Shown here in pieces: positions 61,590 through 64,000 of a DNA stretch of 64,000 nucleotides. The notes under the pieces were generated by a model, which ran no database searches, had not been told where the DNA came from, and saw nothing but the letters and a program-made list of their open reading frames with translations. The stretch is from the NCBI GenBank assembly GCA_030612025.1, contig JAUWOR010000002.1, positions 96,001 through 160,000 on the forward strand, read 5' to 3'. The first letter of the stretch is position 1. Each line of letters begins with the position of its first letter. Position numbers and translations under genes: made by a program. Source of the DNA: Dehalococcoidia bacterium (GTDB taxonomy: Bacteria > Chloroflexota > Dehalococcoidia > GIF9 > AB-539-J10).

Positions 61590-62615
61590 TCAAAACGGTT
61601 TCTTCTCTAATTCCTCAAGTTTCTTCCACAACTTCTCATCAATTGGTATGCCTTCTCGCCTCCTTCTTTCTTCCTCTAAGAACTCCCGCTCGCCAGGAAG
61701 AAGCACCTCCTTAACCCCCTTAGAAGGCTTCGACCCTTTGAGCATTTCAATTTCCTTATCGACCCTTTCCTTGAAATTCTCTATTCCGATCATTTTATCG
61801 GGGTCAATAGCTATAAAACATTGCCCTAACGTCATGAACTCGCCAAGCTGGTGTAGCGACTTCACCTCTTTCCCAAATGCTGACCCTGTTAAAACACCGG
61901 CCAGAATGTCAATAAGCAAGGCTATCCCATATCCTTTATATGTCCCAAAAGGGAGTATTGCCCCCTTTGTCCATACTTCGTCTGGATCGGTGGTAAAGTC
62001 TCCATTCCCATCAATGGCGACATTTCTCGGCAGCTTCCTCCCCTCTTCCTTGGCTCTCAATACCGCTGTAGCCGTTATGGCTGAGGTTGACATATCTAAG
62101 ACGATTGGCCATCTCTTTTTGGCTGGAATTGCATAGGAGATAGGGTTGGTTCCCAAAAGCCTCTCACAGCCCCCCCAGGGCGCAACCCAAGGATAAGTGT
62201 TGCAGAATGTTATTCCAATCATGTCACTCTCAACCGCTTTTAAAGAATAATATGCTGCCATACCATAATCGCTAGTGTTTTTAGCCCCCACAAATCCCAC
62301 TCCCGCCTTACTCGCTTTCTCTATGGCTAAATCCATAGCTCTATTTCCTATTACCTGTCCAAATCCATGGTCACCGTCTATGAGAGCTTGAGCCCCATGT
62401 TCTTCTATCTTTATTTTTGGCTTCGTCTTTACCGTCCCTTCCTTGACCCTTTCAAGATAACGCGGTAGGTAGTATGCCCCATGAGTGGCAATGCCTCTCA
62501 AATCTGCCTTTACCAGAGCGTCCGCTACCACTTCAATGTCCTTTCTATCCATGTCTAGCTTCCCCAGGATTGCTTTGATCTTGCTGCGAAGACTCTCCAT
62601 ATGCACTTTCATCAT
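61590..62615 (-). CDS. Ldh_2-family (malate/L-sulfolactate/ureidoglycolate dehydrogenase-like) oxidoreductase
   Basis: ADLRGIATHG, DGDHGFGQ, LGTNPI, LDMSTS, YKGYG, LPGE. Confidence 0.9.
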   Translation of the reverse strand: MMKVHMESLRSKIKAILGKLDMDRKDIEVVADALVKADLRGIATHGAYYLPRYLERVKEGTVKTKPKIKIEEHGAQALIDGDHGFGQVIGNRAMDLAIEKASKAGVGFVGAKNTSDYGMAAYYSLKAVESDMIGITFCNTYPWVAPWGGCERLLGTNPISYAIPAKKRWPIVLDMSTSAITATAVLRAKEEGRKLPRNVAIDGNGDFTTDPDEVWTKGAILPFGTYKGYGIALLIDILAGVLTGSAFGKEVKSLHQLGEFMTLGQCFIAIDPDKMIGIENFKERVDKEIEMLKGSKPSKGVKEVLLPGEREFLEEERRRREGIPIDEKLWKKLEELEKKPF

Positions 62616-62954
62616 AATCTCCTTAAGTTTATCATCCTTTGCCTTCTCTACCCCTAAAAACTTTTCATCCTAACGCAGGTAATTCACATAATCTTGAAAT
62701 TCAATCAACTTTGCCTTCACATAAACCTACCGCCCCTCTTGCCTTTTCCGTATTCTAAATGCACCCTTTTTTACCTGTCAAGACACTGTTACCAAGAGCT
62801 TTTAGAAAAACTGAATTGGTGAACACGGATTGACCAATAGCTACCTTATTCATTATATTTTAGGGAGCTAACCGAGCAATTTAGGGTGACGTTTTGAAAA
62901 CCTTGCTCTTGTGCTAATATGGTTTAAATTCCCATCAGATTAAAAGTAAACAAG

Positions 62955-64000
62955 ATGAAAATCCACGAATTTCAAGCTAAGATGCTCCTAAGCCAATATG
63001 GTATCCCTGTTCCCCGGGGAAGGGTAGCTTCTACCCCCGCTGAAGCCAAGGAGATAGCCGCTGAGCTTGGGGGTAAAGCGGTAATTAAAGCTCAAGTCTA
63101 TGCTGGAGGAAGGGGCAAAGCCGGTGGCATAAAGATAGTTAATAGCCCGGAAGAGGCAGAAATGGCAGCAAGCGAGCTAATCGGAACTAGACTTGTGACC
63201 CATCAAACTGGCCCAGAGGGGGTACCAGTAAGCAAGGTTTTGGTGGAAGAGGCGAGTAATGTGGAGCGCGAACTCTACCTCAGTATTCTCGTTGACGGGG
63301 CAAACCGATTGCCGTTTATGATGGCGAGCGAAGCTGGTGGTATGGAGATTGAGGAAGTAGCTCAAGCAAGCCCAGAAAAAATATTCAAGGCTTACATTGA
63401 CCCCGCTGTCGGTTTTCAACCTTATCAAGGCCGCAAACTAGCCTATGGAATGAATTTGAGCGGAAAGCAAGTGGGAGAAGCCACACAATTGATGGCGAGC
63501 CTTTATACCCTTTTTATAGCCAAAGATTGTTCTTTAGCTGAGATCAATCCTTTGGTTACTACTGCTGACGGAAGGCTAGTGGCTCTAGATGCCAAGCTAA
63601 ATTTTGATGATAATGCCCTTTTTCGACATAAAGATATTCGGGAATTCCAGGATAAAGAGCAAGAGGAACCATTAGAGGTTCAAGCTCGTGAATTAGGCAT
63701 AAACAATTATGTCAAGATGGAAGGTGACATTGGTTGTATGGTTAATGGCGCCGGACTGGCTATGGCACTAAACGACCTTATCAGTGGCTGTGGTGGTAGC
63801 GCAGCAAATTTCCTCGATATCGGCACAGTGAATACCACTGACCGCGTAGTCAACTCGTTTAGGATGTTTGTTGCTGATAGTAGAGTTAAGGCAGTTCTAG
63901 TAAATATATTTGGGGGTATGGCCAGAGTGGACGTTATTGCTAGAGGCATAGTCAAAGCCTACCAGCAACTGGACATTCGCTTTCCTGTAGTTATTAGATT
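62955..64000 (+). CDS. sucC: Succinyl-CoA synthetase beta subunit (3' truncated by window)
   Basis: MKIHEFQAK, KAQVYAGGRGKAGG, EINPL, LDAK, NGAGLAM, NIFGG. Confidence 0.93.
   Translation, partial: MKIHEFQAKMLLSQYGIPVPRGRVASTPAEAKEIAAELGGKAVIKAQVYAGGRGKAGGIKIVNSPEEAEMAASELIGTRLVTHQTGPEGVPVSKVLVEEASNVERELYLSILVDGANRLPFMMASEAGGMEIEEVAQASPEKIFKAYIDPAVGFQPYQGRKLAYGMNLSGKQVGEATQLMASLYTLFIAKDCSLAEINPLVTTADGRLVALDAKLNFDDNALFRHKDIREFQDKEQEEPLEVQARELGINNYVKMEGDIGCMVNGAGLAMALNDLISGCGGSAANFLDIGTVNTTDRVVNSFRMFVADSRVKAVLVNIFGGMARVDVIARGIVKAYQQLDIRFPVVIR

Noticed and set aside
53660-62900. attR copy of the tRNA-Ser 3' end closing the downstream island
   Set aside because: I found no duplicate of the tRNA-Ser 3' end in the window.

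Overview
A bacterial chromosome segment, most likely Chloroflexota/Dehalococcoidia (inferred from gene content and the unlinked 23S rRNA, not from a search). The housekeeping backbone comprises nadK, argA-like GNAT, Nudix, transcarboxylase-type subunits, folK-queD, 23S rRNA, tRNA-fMet/Asp/Ser, panG-panD-panB-panC behind a pan RNA leader, surE, uvrA, hppA, a translin-like gene, thiE and sucC. Four accessory blocks interrupt it: (1) a defence/cassette island at about 1.8-9.7 kb (Type IIG/ISP-like RM enzyme, HEPN-like protein, attC-like sites around a QueG-like gene); (2) stacked insertions behind tRNA-fMet at about 16.4-24.9 kb; (3) an MNT-HEPN pair inside a duplicated panC end; (4) an amino-acid/2-oxoacid catabolic block after tRNA-Ser. 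The most striking unannotated signal is a nested set of miniature elements: 141-bp TIR-bounded MITEs carrying GTAG-REP palindromes, TGT-capped palindrome clusters, and heptad-periodic hairpins. Some copies have become translated, including a 48-aa in-frame insertion in UvrA. There is also a candidate Na+-riboswitch-like leader on hppA and many gene remnants (leuC, folP, CoA-transferase beta, sucC, OFOR gamma, an IS1202-like end). All calls come from reading motifs by eye; no database searches were run.
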